From: the human T2T-CHM13v2.0 reference genome, Homo sapiens
Direction: 5' to 3' (one strand)
Length of the DNA stretch: 64,000 nt
NCBI RefSeq assembly: GCF_009914755.1
Contig: NC_060925.1
This document shows, piece by piece, positions 29,118 to 43,324 of this stretch. A program made the position numbers and the translations under genes. The notes below the pieces were generated by a model. That model did no database searches. It was given only the letters and a program-made list of their open reading frames with translations, and had not been told where the DNA came from. How positions within the stretch are numbered: the first letter of the stretch is position 1; every line of letters starts with the position of its first letter.

Positions 29118-29657
29118 TCTTAAAGGCCAACAAGGCTATATTCTCAGTAACATTAAGTGAGTACTTTTTGGTCTCAGGCTAGAGCTGGCACAGTAAAGAG
29201 AAATCCTACAGACTTGGGGTCCTGAGGAACACATTTACATGAGACTTCCCTGAGTATGTAGGCATCCAGGAGATGGCAGGGAGGGAGGCAGGCATCAGCC
29301 TGGAGTCAGGAAAGGCCCCAGTGGGCAAGGGCAAGGTGATGGGAGGAGCCCTAACCCCTACCCCCACCAGTCATACCCACAGAGAGTCCCAGCGTTCGAC
29401 AACATTCATTCAATAAAGATTTGCTGAGCACAGCTAGGTGCCAGGTACTCTTCTGGGCACTGGGAACCCATGAAGGACACAGTAGAAAAACATCGCTGCC
29501 TTCGTGTAACTTGCTTTCTGATGTGGTGAGACAGGAAATAAGAATGCGAAATAAATCGTGTAACCTGTTAGAAAGCAATATGTTTATGAAAAAAATAAAT
29601 GAGAGTAGCTGAGACTGGAGGTGGCAGGGTGATTACAATTCTGAATAAGATGGCTAG

Positions 29658-30260
29658 CAGTGGTGTGCTGGTAAATGCTTAACAACTGGCTCTCTGGGGG
29701 AAGAAGCCCTGATTTGTAGAAATGGCCAGTTTCAATGGTGGAAATATCCTTGCCATGGAAGATCAAAGCTATAAATTTTATTTATTTATTTAGAGACAGG
29801 GTCTTGCTCTGTTGCATAGGCTGGGGTGCAGTGGTGCAATCATAGCTCACAGCAGCCTTGAACTCCTATGTTCAAGTGATCCTCCCACATCAGCCTCTAC
29901 CTCGGCTGGGACTCTAAGTACACATCACAATGCCTGGCTTATTTAAAACTATGAATTCAACATCATTAAACGGGAAATTGGGAGTGCACATTAGCACAGT
30001 ATTGTGTAGTATACCTACCATATGGATGCAATAGATTTAAATAACCTCAAGTATAGGTAATAGTAAAATGTAAAATAATTAGACGGTGATGAGTTTCGAG
30101 TATTTGAAAAATCTGGGCTGCTAATACAATTTATTTAGTTATAAATTCACATAATTTAGTTTTCGCTAATGTCTGTGTTTACTAACCAGCTGGCAAATTT
30201 CCTGGAAATTTAACCATCAGCTCTTGTGAACTGGGACTAGCCAGCCCTGGCGTACCACTG
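29658..30260. mobile_element. MER63 (hAT-Blackjack, MER63B-like) inside an L2, carrying an Alu monomer
   Basis: TIRs cagtggtgtgctgg / ctggcgtaccactg; gtaaatgcttaacaactggctctc. Confidence 0.82.
29778..29944 (-). mobile_element. FRAM or 5'-truncated AluJ right monomer
   Basis: Right arm only; TSD aaagctataaatt (29765-77) / aaaactatgaatt (29945-57). Confidence 0.85.
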
Positions 30261-32574
30261 GTGATTGCGGAAGGCCTTGCTGAGAAAGGGACATCTGAAC
30301 AGGAAACTGAAAGAGGTGCGGTGAGGGAGTAAGACCCGGGGACATCTGGCGACCAGCACTCGCTTCCTGCCTGGGAAAAGCAGCATCTCAGGCTGGTGTG
30401 TCCACACATCCATGCTCTTGTCCCTGCTGTCCCCTGAGCCTGGACAATCTCTGTCCTCCTGATATGCTTAGTGACAGCCTTTAGGGCCAGACTCCCAGAT
30501 GACTGATAGGGTAGAATTCCTTATTTCTCCCAGGCCTCCTTACTTCCTTTCTGGAAAAACAGGTGGATATGAAGGTGGTATGATTAAATGAATGACCACA
30601 AGTAAACAAGCAGTGTTCTTCTGCGATCCCATAACACATTGAGCCCAGTTGTTTTTAGCTCTTTACATTATTATCCTGTTCCTCTGTCCGTATCTGCCTC
30701 CCCCAGCACCCCATGTAGCCCTATGTCAGATGCATGAAAACACCTGGCTCATAGCTGACGTTCCATGAGAGCTTAGTTATTGAATGGGTCACTGTGACCT
30801 TAACCTGGGCTGGTTTAAGGCATGAGTGGGTTTTAGTGATCGCCCTTCTGTTGGGTGAAGTCCACAGGCTGAGGCCCTTCTGCTGCAGCAGCCTCGTTAG
30901 CATGATGGCCCACCCCCTGGCCTGTGCAAGTGAGGCCAAGGAGAGTCTACCCAAGCAGGCCCCAGCCCCAGCTATTCTATTCACAACACCCACCACCTGT
31001 TGGGCCATGGCTTGGGGCTTTATTGAGGCTGTGTTACCTAACCCTTGCAGCAACCCAGCAGGTGGGGGTCCTTATCCTCATTTTACCTATGAGGAAAATG
31101 AGAGGAAAGAAAAATCACCCAGGTAGTAAGTGACAGGGCTTTCCCTTAGCTGCATAGGTTGGGGGAAGAGCTGGTAGAATATTCTGTAGAATATTAACTG
31201 TAATAATACCAGGCAGCATGGGTAGATGCTCATTAGCACTGCAGCCACGCTTGGGAGCCCAGCAGAAGAAATTAGTGATTCCACTTGGGGCAGGTGGCCA
31301 CTTGGACACCATAGAAACCACAGCCTGAGCTCTGACTTCTGGGTGGAAAAGGTGTGGGGGCTCTGGGCCCTCCCACTGGAAGGTGGGACCTCAGAAGCGA
31401 GGATTTTCATGAAGCTGGCTCAGGATCCGTCCCCAAGTGCCTTGGGCCACTATCATTTATTTATTTATTTATGCACCAAAACAAGCTGAGGTAATATTTT
31501 TTAAATGTTAACTTATTTCCCCTGGTGTTTTCCTCGTAATGCAATATGCTGGTCTGAGTCCACACTTCAGTGGAGGGGGTGTCAGGAAAGAAGGCACAAA
31601 TAGTGCCCCGCCCCCTCCGTCTTTCTGTTTTGCTTTCTAAAACTTTGCTCAATGGAACAAAGAGGATTAGGGTATCTCCAAAATGTCTGGGGAAAAACCG
31701 TAAAGAGAGACAAAAGATTACCCCCATCTAGCTGGGTTTGAGGAGGTAGAGGGCGAAGTTAATGAGGGTAGCTTGGGCCAGTCTAACACGGGGAGTCCCC
31801 AGGCACTGCAGGTCCCCCAGAAAGCTTTGGGAACCCCGGGGCAGGAGTGCTCTACCTCTTTCCTGGGAAGAACCCTGGGGGAAAGCAGGAAGACCCCATG
31901 AGGGAGTGGCTGCAGACCCAGAGGAGTCCCTTGCTCCAGCCTGGCATGGAGGGAGCAGAAGGATCCTCTGCCCTTGTGAGGCATAGAGATGATAGACGGC
32001 CCTGCCAGACCTCAGGGGCTGTTGGGACAGGAACAATGCCTGTGGGCACTGCTGCCTTAGGACCAGCGGGATACTGGGAGTCTCATCAGAAGCCTAGGTG
32101 GACCAGTGAACTAAGAACCAGCTCCCGTGCCTCTGCCCCGAGTCCTGGCATGACATGACTCACTGAGATTTAGCCACAATCCCAGGAAAGAGGTGACAGA
32201 AACCTCAAATTGATGACATTTCAGTTTCTGTTACCCTGGGAGTATAGTGGCTTCAAGTAAAAATTAGGTCAAGTTACAGAGTCATAAACTACAGAAAATA
32301 TTTACCAAGCCCCTAAGACTTTAGGCACTGGGGTTGGGGGTGGGGAAAAGCAGTAAACTGGGGACCTGTCAGCGGTCCCTCTGTCAACGTTCCTGAATTA
32401 GAAGTTATGCCAGGGCTTGGCTTCTATAGACGGTCGTCTGTACGCACAGTAGTACCACTGATGTGTGTTAGGCACTGACTTTATGCCAGTCCTTGCACCA
32501 GGGATAACCTTCATCCTGTTTTAGACAGGTCCTTGGGGCTAAAAGACTAAGCACTTTGTGCAATACCACGTGGC

Positions 32575-33024
32575 TGTTTTGGGTTGAATTGTGTCCCCCA
32601 AAAAGATATGAAAGTCCTAAACCTGGTACCCGTGAGTACGACCTAACATGGAAAAGCGGTCTTTGCATATCATAAGATATGTTTGTTAGGGTGGGCCTAA
32701 TGCAATATGACTGCATTCTTATAAAAGGGGGGAATTTGAAGATAGAGACAGACATGCACTCAGGGAGAATGCCATATGAAGACGAAGGCAGAGATCAGGG
32801 TGATGCATCTACAAGCCAAAGATTGCCAGCAAACCACGAGAAGCTCGGAGAGAGGCACGGGACAGATTCTCCCTCATAGCCTCGGAAGGAACGGACCCTG
32901 TCGACACTCTGATCTCAGATTTCTGGCCTCCAGAACTGTGAGACAATAAACTTCTGGAGAGCTTAAATAAATTTAAGCCACCAATCTGTGGAACTTTGTT
33001 ACGGCAGCCTAGGATACTAATATA
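32575..33024 (+). mobile_element. MLT1C solo LTR
   Basis: tgttttgggttgaattgtgtccccc...ctacaagccaa...tggcctccagaactgtgagacaataaa; TSD gtggc / gtggg. Confidence 0.88.
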
Positions 33025-33275
33025 GTGGGTGACAATCCCACAAAGGGAAAAGATGACTTAAATACTCCTTCTCAACCACTGACACAAGCCAATGGTCCTG
33101 TAGGCACAATTACAGCTAACAAATATTTTGGATGTGTTTAAAGCACGGGCTAGTTATGAAGTTGAGGAAGGGATGGTTACCATGACAATAAATTTCTGAA
33201 TGGCTTAAATAAATTTAAGCCACCAATCTGTGGTACTTTGTTACAGCAGCCGAGGATACTAATACAGTGGGTGAC
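32942..33275 (+). repeat. 92-bp direct duplication (32942-33033 and 33184-33275) flanking a 138-bp templated insert (33040-33177)
   Basis: Manual alignment gives 8 mismatches in 92 bp, ungapped; the insert matches 34924-35061 with 13 mismatches in 138 bp. Confidence 0.95.
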
Positions 33276-33803
33276 TCCAGAGGCTGTGACTTAAGCCATG
33301 GAGTCGTGAGCCGCACGGCTAACCACTATGCTGCTGTGCAGCTGGATTCTACAGAATAGAATGTCTCTTTTCTCTCTGCTCCATTAACCCTTCTTTAGTT
33401 CTTCCCATGTCCTTTGCACTATTTTTAATTGAAATCATCTCCACCCTTTCATCAAAGACCTCACCCAAGTACCCTGTGATTCTTCCTTTCTGGGTCATTG
33501 GGAGTTCCAGAAACACCCCTTGTACTCTCGGACCCCAGGAATGTAGCTTATGCTGCTCCCTGCCTGAAATGCTCTCTACCGTCTGCCAATGGCCATCTAT
33601 TAAATCTGAATCATCCTTCAAGTCAGATTTACTGGCTCCCTCCTCTACCATCAATAGCATTAAAACACCAAAGTCTTTGCACACTCAGAATCGTTGCTGG
33701 GAATGGACATAGCTGACTTCTTAAGTGCCTTGGATACTTCTAGAAGGTCCCATAACAGCAGGTGCTTTAAAACTTCCCCTGTAGACTGTATTCTGTAGTC
33801 TTT

Positions 33804-34144
33804 TTTTTTTTTTATTATACTTTAAGTTTTAGGGTACATGTACGCATTGTGCAGGTTAGTTACATATGTATACATGTGCCATGCTGGTGCGCTGCACCCA
33901 CTAACTCGTCATCTAGCATTAGGTATATCTCCCAATGCTATCCCTCCCCCCTCCCCCCACCCCACCACAGTCCCCAGAGTGTGATATTCCCCTTCCTGTG
34001 TCCATGTGATCTCATTGTTCAATTCCCACCTATGAGTGAGAATATGCGGTGTTTGGTTTTTTGTTCTTGCGATAGTTTACTGAGAATGATGATTTCCAAT
34101 TTCATCCATGTCCCTACAAAGGACATGAACTCATCATTTTTATG
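33804..34144 (-). mobile_element. Young 5'-truncated L1 (L1PA2-like), 3'UTR
   Basis: Near-consensus 3'UTR; reverse complement reads gctagatgacGAGttagtggg, so not the Ta ACA diagnostic; perfect 12-bp TSD tctgtagtcttt at 33792-33803 and 34145-34156. Confidence 0.93.
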
Positions 34145-34923
34145 TCTGTAGTCTTTAAAGTCTGTAGACTTTAACCTGGAGTTCTTTACCCCTTCTTTCT
34201 CTTCTGGTTTCTCAAATTTGCCTGCCCATGAAAAAAATATCTTCAAATGACTCTATACTTGGCATATATCTACCCTATTAACAGATTTTTTTCAGTCCAG
34301 ACAAGAAACCCTTATTCCACTTCCTTCCTATCTCCTTCCTGTATTTTAACAAGGTTTTGTCATCTCCTTGTGCTAGCCTCAGCAGAGATGATTTGGCTGG
34401 ATGAGCATTTTATTTTGGCATTTGAAGATGGTGTTGGTGGAGCCTTCCATCCATAGACTGTAAAAAAATACAAACAGCACAAAACCATCCAGTTTTAGGT
34501 CCTGGATCCTCTCCAGTTTCAGATTAAGGCAGAAACCCTGCTCCTCCAGGATTGCAGCGTGACCAGTGCCCTGAGAGCAGACGAGTGGGGAGCCAGAATG
34601 ACAGTGGCCGCCTCTGCACAGTGGAACACTGGCCCTTGACAGCTGTAGGGGTCTGGAGGAGCTGCTGGCCTGGCGCTTTGCAGGGCTTGTGCTGAGAACT
34701 CTTCTCCTTTTTTGGAAAACAAATCAAATCCTGCAAGGAAACCTCAGCCTGGACAGATTTTCCTTGAGAACAATCCACTCTGATGTGTGCCTCTCCTTGG
34801 TGGCTTTCTGCCACAACCTTTGAAAGTTAAGGCCACTTCATGCTGCTGTAGGCCACTTCTCTGAGGAGCCCCAGAGTCGCTGAATCTTGCAAGTGCTGAC
34901 TGAAAGAAGCCTCCACTTGCCTA

Positions 34924-35061
34924 ACAAAGGGGAAAGATGACTTAAATACTCCTTCTCATCCACCGACACAACCCAATGGTCCTATAGACACAATTACATC
35001 TAACAAGTATTTTGGGTGTGCTTAAAGCATGGGCTAGTTATGAAGGAGAGGAAGGGATGGT
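34924..35061 (+). repeat. Donor copy of the 138-bp segment duplicated at 33040-33177
   Basis: Ungapped, about 91% identity by manual alignment. Confidence 0.95.
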
Positions 35062-35136
35062 GGGAGCTTTCTTATTTGCTTTTAAAATTCTGTATTTGAC
35101 AGGAATACTCTGTGCTGGCATAACAACGGGACTCTA

Positions 35137-35499
<363 letters not shown>

Positions 35500-36040
35500 T
35501 CATGGACTAGCCCAGAGGTTGTCTGGTAGTCATTAGTCTGATAGGGTGGTCCTGCCACTCTCATTGTATATTTCCCTGCTCAGGGTCTCACTCAAACCTC
35601 TGTATTCCAGTTAAAGGAAAGGGGGAAACAAAAGTGTTTGCCCAAGGTTCTCACATCCCATTAGCCCAATACTGGTAGCATAGCCACCTCCAGTTGCAAG
35701 GGATATCGGGAAATGTAGTCTCCAGTGGCATGCCTATGTGCCTAGCTAAAAATAAAAAAATTCTATCACTAAAGAACAGATATTAATGGACATGTCCTGG
35801 TCTCTGCCACCCTTTCTTTCACTTATTCACCTACTCAAGGAATTACTGAGTGCCAGTCATATTTTTGACACCGTTTTTACTCAGTTGCTTATAATCCAGC
35901 AATGTATATGAACACATGCTCAGCTAAAGTCACATTGTGCTGCATTCTCTAATAATTCAAATGCTATGGATCTTCAGGGAAGGAAGGGCTCATTTCTGTC
36001 TGGAGAGATTTGTCCATTTGTTTACAGATTTATTGAGCAC

Positions 36041-36631
36041 TGTGGTCAGCAGCCTGAAGATGGCCCCCAGTCATCTCCACCTCCCAGAATTCACATCCTT
36101 GTGCAATCTCCTTTCCTTGAATGTGTGCTGGACCTAATGACTCACTTCTAGCAAATAGAATACAACAAAAGTGACAAAATGTCACTTTTGAGATTAGGTT
36201 ACAAGAGGACTGGGACTTCCACCTCACTCTTTCTCAGACTTCACTCTGGGGAAATCCAGCTGCTGTGTTTTGAGAAATATTATGGAGAAACTTCTGCGGC
36301 AAGGAAATAATATCTTCAGTCAACAGTCAGCAAGGATCCTAACGTCTGCCAGCACCATGTGATTGAGCTGGAAAGTCGATTTTCTGAGGACTGCCAACAG
36401 CCACCCAAGTGAGCTGGGAAACAGATCCCCCTGCAGTTGACCCTTGAGGTGACTGTAGCCTGACAGACACCTTGATTACAGCTTTGTGAGAGATCTGCAC
36501 CCTAATCACCCAACTAAGCTGCACCTGTACCTGAATTTCTGACTCAGAGAAACTGTGAGATAATAAATATTGTGATTTTCAAATGCTAAGTTTTGGGGTA
36601 ATTTGTTATGCAGCAATAGATGACTGATACA
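36041..36631 (+). mobile_element. MLT1F-type solo LTR inside an L2 tail
   Basis: tgtggtcagcagcctgaagatggccccc...gtaatttgttatgcagcaatagatgactgataca; TSD agcac / agtac. Confidence 0.85.
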
Positions 36632-37056
36632 AGTACCTACTGTTTTCAGGTAGTATGCGAGGCCATTAAAATGTGAAAAATGAATGATGCTTCATTTTGT
36701 CACTGTGTCTTGGGAGAGGGGAAGACAGCAATATATATACAAACATGGTGCTTATGATAGAAGGTGGTCAATCCAGTGATAGAGAGGTGCTGAGTGTGAA
36801 ATAGGAGCACAAAGGAAGAGCCCCTTATCCAGAGGAGGAAGGGAGATGAGGAGAGACATCCTGGAGAAAACAAATATTTTCAGAGAAAATTGAGGGAGGG
36901 GTCATTCTATGGAGAGGGGACAGAGTGACTAATGCCTGGAGGGGAAACGGTACAGAATCTGCTTGGGGATGGAGCACTATCATTTTTGTGTAAAAGAGGT
37001 AAAGGAAGATAAGGCTGGAGAAGTAACTAGAAACTAACCTAGTCTCATGCCAGCAA

Positions 37057-37369
37057 TTTATTTCTATTTATTTATTTACTTTGAGATGAGGTCTCACTTT
37101 GTCACTCAGGCTGGAGTCCAGTGGTGTGATCTCGGCTCACTGCAGCCTCCGCCTCCTGGCCTCAAGGGATCCTCCCACCTCAGACCCCAAGTAGCTGGGA
37201 CTACAGGCGCCCACCACCATGCCTGGCTTATTTTTTTTTTTGTCTTTTTTGTACAGATGGGGTTTTGCCATGTTGCACAGGCTGGTCTTGAACTCCTGAG
37301 GTCAAGTGATCAGCCCACCTTAGCCCCCCAAAGTGCTAGGATTACAGGCATGGGCCAGCATGCCTGACC
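37057..37369 (-). mobile_element. AluJ
   Basis: Dimer with J-type ctcaagggatcctcccacctcag. Confidence 0.92.
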
Positions 37370-37726
37370 CACTAATTTATTTTTAAATATCAGTATTATG
37401 AAATCCTGCCTTGAGTGAAAGGAGGTAAAAACAAGAGTTAATGAAGGAACTGGCGTGTTCTCAATAGTCCAACACCTGAATTTTAAGAAACCAGTTTCAA
37501 TTACCTATAAAACACTGACAAGTGTAATTTGTTTCATTGTTTTGCTCATAAAATTTGAGCCAGGAACAGTTGACATATTTCCATGGAATAATTGTGGTTC
37601 CTATTGAGAAACCAGCTTAGACAAGTTGTTTGATGGTTTTACAACTGGGAAATTGACCCTTTCAGCTTCAGGGTCTCATGAGTCAATATTTTGAAAATCT
37701 GAGGAGAAGTTTGGGAAGAATTGTAT

Positions 37727-38060
37727 GTTTTGTTGTTGTTGTTGTTGTTTGTTTGTTTGTTTGTTTGTTTTGAGACAGGGTTTCACTTTGTCACCCAGGC
37801 TGCAGTCAATGGCGTGATCTCCGCTCACTGCAGCCTTGACCTCCTGGGCTCAAGCAATCCTACCACCTCAGCCCCTCAAGTAGCTAGGACTACAGGTGAG
37901 TACCACCACACCCTGCTAATTTTTTTGTGTGTGTATTTTTTGTAGAGACAGGGTTTTGCCATGTTGCTTAGGCTGGTCTCAAACTCCCGGCCTCAAGTGA
38001 TCCTCACTGCTCAGCCTGCCAAAGTGCTAGGATTCCAGGCGGGAGCCACTGAGCCTGACC
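37727..38060 (-). mobile_element. AluJ with a (ttg)n/(tttg)n tail
   Basis: Dimer with J-type gcagccttgacctcctgggctcaagcaatcc. Confidence 0.92.
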
Positions 38061-38067
38061 TGGTTGA

Positions 38068-38170
38068 TTGTTTTTTTCCTTCCTTTCTCCCTTTCTCTCT
38101 CTTTCTCTCCCTCTCTCCCTCCTTCTTTCCCTCCTTCCTTCCTTTCTTTCTCTCCCTCCTTCCCTTTCTT
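38068..38170. repeat. Polypyrimidine low-complexity tract
   Basis: About 100 nt of almost pure C/T. Confidence 0.9.
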
Positions 38171-38503
38171 GCAATTTTTCAGAATATTGAAGGCTCCAAT
38201 AATATTTCTAGACTCTAAACCTCAGCTTGGCAAGGCATGAAGAGGAAACAAAAGCATTCCTCTCTCCCCTGAGGGAAGGATTAGCTCTAAAGATTTTTAA
38301 ACTAGCTCTCAGAAGGTTCTCTGGATCATTACTGCTTACAAGTGCATCTAATGACTCAGTAGATAATGAGGTTATTTGAATGAAGATGACTACAATACTA
38401 TGCTTGTGGGTATGATTGGCCTAGAATAGGAGAAATTTTAAAAATTAACCTTTAAACTTAAAATATTTTACAATATCACTTCAAAATGATTTTCTGTATC
38501 TAA

Positions 38504-38848
<345 letters not shown>

Positions 38849-39354
38849 TAAAATCCACAATTATTAATATGAAATAAATTCTCAGGCGCCCCCTTGCCTG
38901 TGGTGCACACAATTCCTTGAAGCTGGGGTCTGTGCTGCTGCTCATGCTTGTGGGAGCAGGGGTTTTGAGCAGACTCCTAGAAACAAAATATCACCTGCTG
39001 TGTTGGGTTTTGCTGGAGGCTGCATACTCCCCTTCCAAATGGAATTGGGCATCCCTCTCATATGATGAAGTTATTTCTTCCTCTGTCCCCCATACATGAG
39101 TGTCTTGTGCTGCTATTATCCCCTGCAGGAATGATACTAAAATATTATCAACCAAAAAGGCAAATGCATTGGCCAATCAGAATGGACATAGTGCTTGCTG
39201 GAGAAGCATCCTGGGGTCTCTCTTCTACGCCAGTTATTATCCGTTTAGTAGGGAGATCTGGGGGCTCCAGAGCAGGAACTAGGTGACAAGGTATTTCTTA
39301 GGGGCTCAGGGGCTCCTAGGGGGCTCAGATTTGTACAAGTTGAATAATTTTGTG

Positions 39355-39626
39355 GTTTTGTTTTTTGTTTTTTGTTTTGAGATAGGGTCTCACTTTGTTG
39401 CCCAGGCTGGAGTGCAGTGGTGTGAACATGGTTCACTGCAGCCTTGACCTCGTGGGCTCAAGCAATCCTCCTGCCTTGACCTCTTGAGTAGCTGGGACTA
39501 TAGGTACGCACCACTCTGTGTAATTTTTGATTTTTTGATATTTTTTTGTAGAGACAGGGTTTTGCCAATACCTGGGTTCAAGCGATCCGCCTACCTCTGC
39601 CTCCCGAAGTGCTGGGATTACAGGCG
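39355..39626 (-). mobile_element. AluJ, 5'-truncated, with a left-arm deletion
   Basis: Right arm intact; gggttttgcca joins cctgggttcaagcgatcc; ends at ttacaggcg. Confidence 0.88.
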
Positions 39627-40679
39627 ATTAATGTTTTAATGTCTGTCTTCCCCATCAGACCGTAAGCAGCTTGAGGGTATGAGCTCTATTTTAGTAGTCT
39701 CTAGTGTCTCTACTACCTAACACAACGTCAACCCCTAATAGGCACTTAGAAAATATTTACTGTGCAAAATCGAAATATGCCTGTTTAAACATTTGGTATT
39801 TATTGGGGACTCTGCCTTAAGCTAGATACTGCCCTAGACGATTTAGGGGACGTAAACAGAATTAAGAGTCGGCATTTATCTTTGATGAGTTTTCAGTCTA
39901 GTTAGCAGACTCTAGTAGAAACTGTCTTGTTCATCTTGGTTGCCCGGCGCCTGACTCAGTGCTTGGCACAAAGCAAGCACTCAGTAAACATTTGTTGTAA
40001 ATTCACGTGTCTGGGCTAGAAGGGTTGCTTCAGACTGGTCATTCTTTGTCTACCCCTCCAAATCTGCCAGCCCAGCAAACTCAGCTCCACAGAATTACTC
40101 CCAGTGATCCGACAAACTATTACGGTTAGCCAGGAACAAAAGCCACTAGGAAAATAATGCATCACTTTTCATCTGGATGTTTCCAAAGGAACTGAAGTAT
40201 TAAAGTCACAGTTATCCCAATCAGATCATCTTTTCAAAGGAATTACAGGGTTGTGAGCCAACAGCAACCACATACACCTTTGCAGTAATCAGAACCAGCG
40301 TTCTCGATGCTGAAAGCAAAATCAAGTAAACAAGGTTGTGTTGTGGACTTCCTTGACCCAGACTTTCAGGAAGGAGCTGACACACTGCCCAGACTTGCGC
40401 TCACCCACATCGCTCAGAAGCCAAACAAACTCGAGAAGCTCGTGTTTTCCCAGCTGTATGATGCACTCACTTCACCAAGTGACTGGCCAGAAAACAAGAA
40501 AAAGAAAAAAGAAAAATCCCTCGTTCAGACCAGTCAGGGGAATAATTGCTTCAGCTGGCCTTTACTTTTTATTTTCATGAAGTATCAAGAAATCTAAAAA
40601 TGGAGGAAGTTAGATCTATGACTTTTAGTCACTGAAAAGGAAAGAAAATATTATTTTTTCTTTTAGAGAGCTGATCGTG

Positions 40680-42135
<1,456 letters not shown>

Positions 42136-42448
42136 CTATATTCACTTGGCTCCTTAATTTTCACACTTGAAAAATCTCTACTGTGAATCATTCATGTCTT
42201 CTCCACATCCCTCTGCCTTTAGACCATTTTGACACCTCTACCAGAGATTTTAGGATTTCCTGCTTAAATGAAGCTTGAAAACTAGGTATAAAACTGAATA
42301 CTCAGTTATTAATATTGTTAATAATGGGGTTATTGATATAATAGTATTAAAAACATCCATTATTATTAAGTTCATAACCAAGAATTGTCTTTAGTTTTTA
42401 GAATTATTTCAAGCTACAATTTGATCATCTTATAATAGGGGTAAGACC

Positions 42449-42749
42449 TTTTTTTTTTTTTTTGAGATGGGGTCTTGCTCTGTCTCCAAGGCTGGAGTGC
42501 AGTGGCATGATCTCTGCTCACTGCAATGTCTGCCTCCCAGACTGCCTCAAGCAATTCTCCTGCCTCAGCCTCCAGCGTAGCTGAGATTACAGGCATGTAC
42601 CAGCACACCCAGCTAATTTTTATATTTTTAGTAGAGACGGGGTTTCACCGTGTTGGCCAGGCTGGTCTCAAAATCCTGACCTCAAGTGATCTGCCTGCCT
42701 GGGCCTCCCCAAGTGCTGAGATTACAGGCATAAGCAACTGGGTCCAGCC
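42449..42749 (-). mobile_element. AluS
   Basis: Full dimer with poly-T. Confidence 0.95.
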
Positions 42750-43324
42750 CAGTAATGCCATTTTAACCTCAAATTTTATTTTCCTTTTATTCTATTTCTT
42801 CTTTTATATAGTGGAAGAAATCTCAGCAGGAATTTTGATCACCAAAGATCCTTTACTAAAGCTAATCCCTTCAAAAGAACTGAAATACATCCTAATGTAC
42901 CCTAAATAATTTCCTCCTCAAAGTTTGGCTCTTTCTAAAACATCCCTTGGATTGCCATTTGACTTCCTGTTACATTTAGACAGAAACATAAATCTTGTAA
43001 TAAATATATTGCTTTAAGATGTATCCAGGCCTCTCAAAATCAGCTCTTTATTATTCTTGATTGCTATTCTTTGCCTTTTCCATCTCTTTCTAGAACTGCA
43101 GGGCCCCAACATACGTATCTTAAAAATAGAAAATACGGTCTACAAAAGACAGCTGGGGTGGGAAGTGTAGCGATCATCCCTTTGCCATTGCCTATTTTTT
43201 CTCTTCAGCCTCACTGGCAACATATTTAATTTGCTTTTTGTTATGAGCCTTATCCTCTTTTTTTTCTGTATTTTGTTCTTCAAATGTACTTCTCTTTGAA
43301 GCTATTTATTATGGACTGTATTTT

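Noticed and set aside
29262-29280. CTCF-like ccaggagatggcag (also 14044 and 38885)
   Set aside because: Partial core matches are expected by chance in 64 kb and cannot be supported without ChIP data.
32942-33275. Repeat-spacer-repeat resembling CRISPR or a mini LTR element
   Set aside because: Only two 92-bp repeats in primate DNA with no cas genes. The repeats include non-LTR flank, there is no outer TSD or PBS, and the spacer is a local copy.
40307-40597. 96-aa ORF in unique DNA
   Set aside because: No recognisable domain; the poly-K run comes from an A-rich tract; the length is within chance range.
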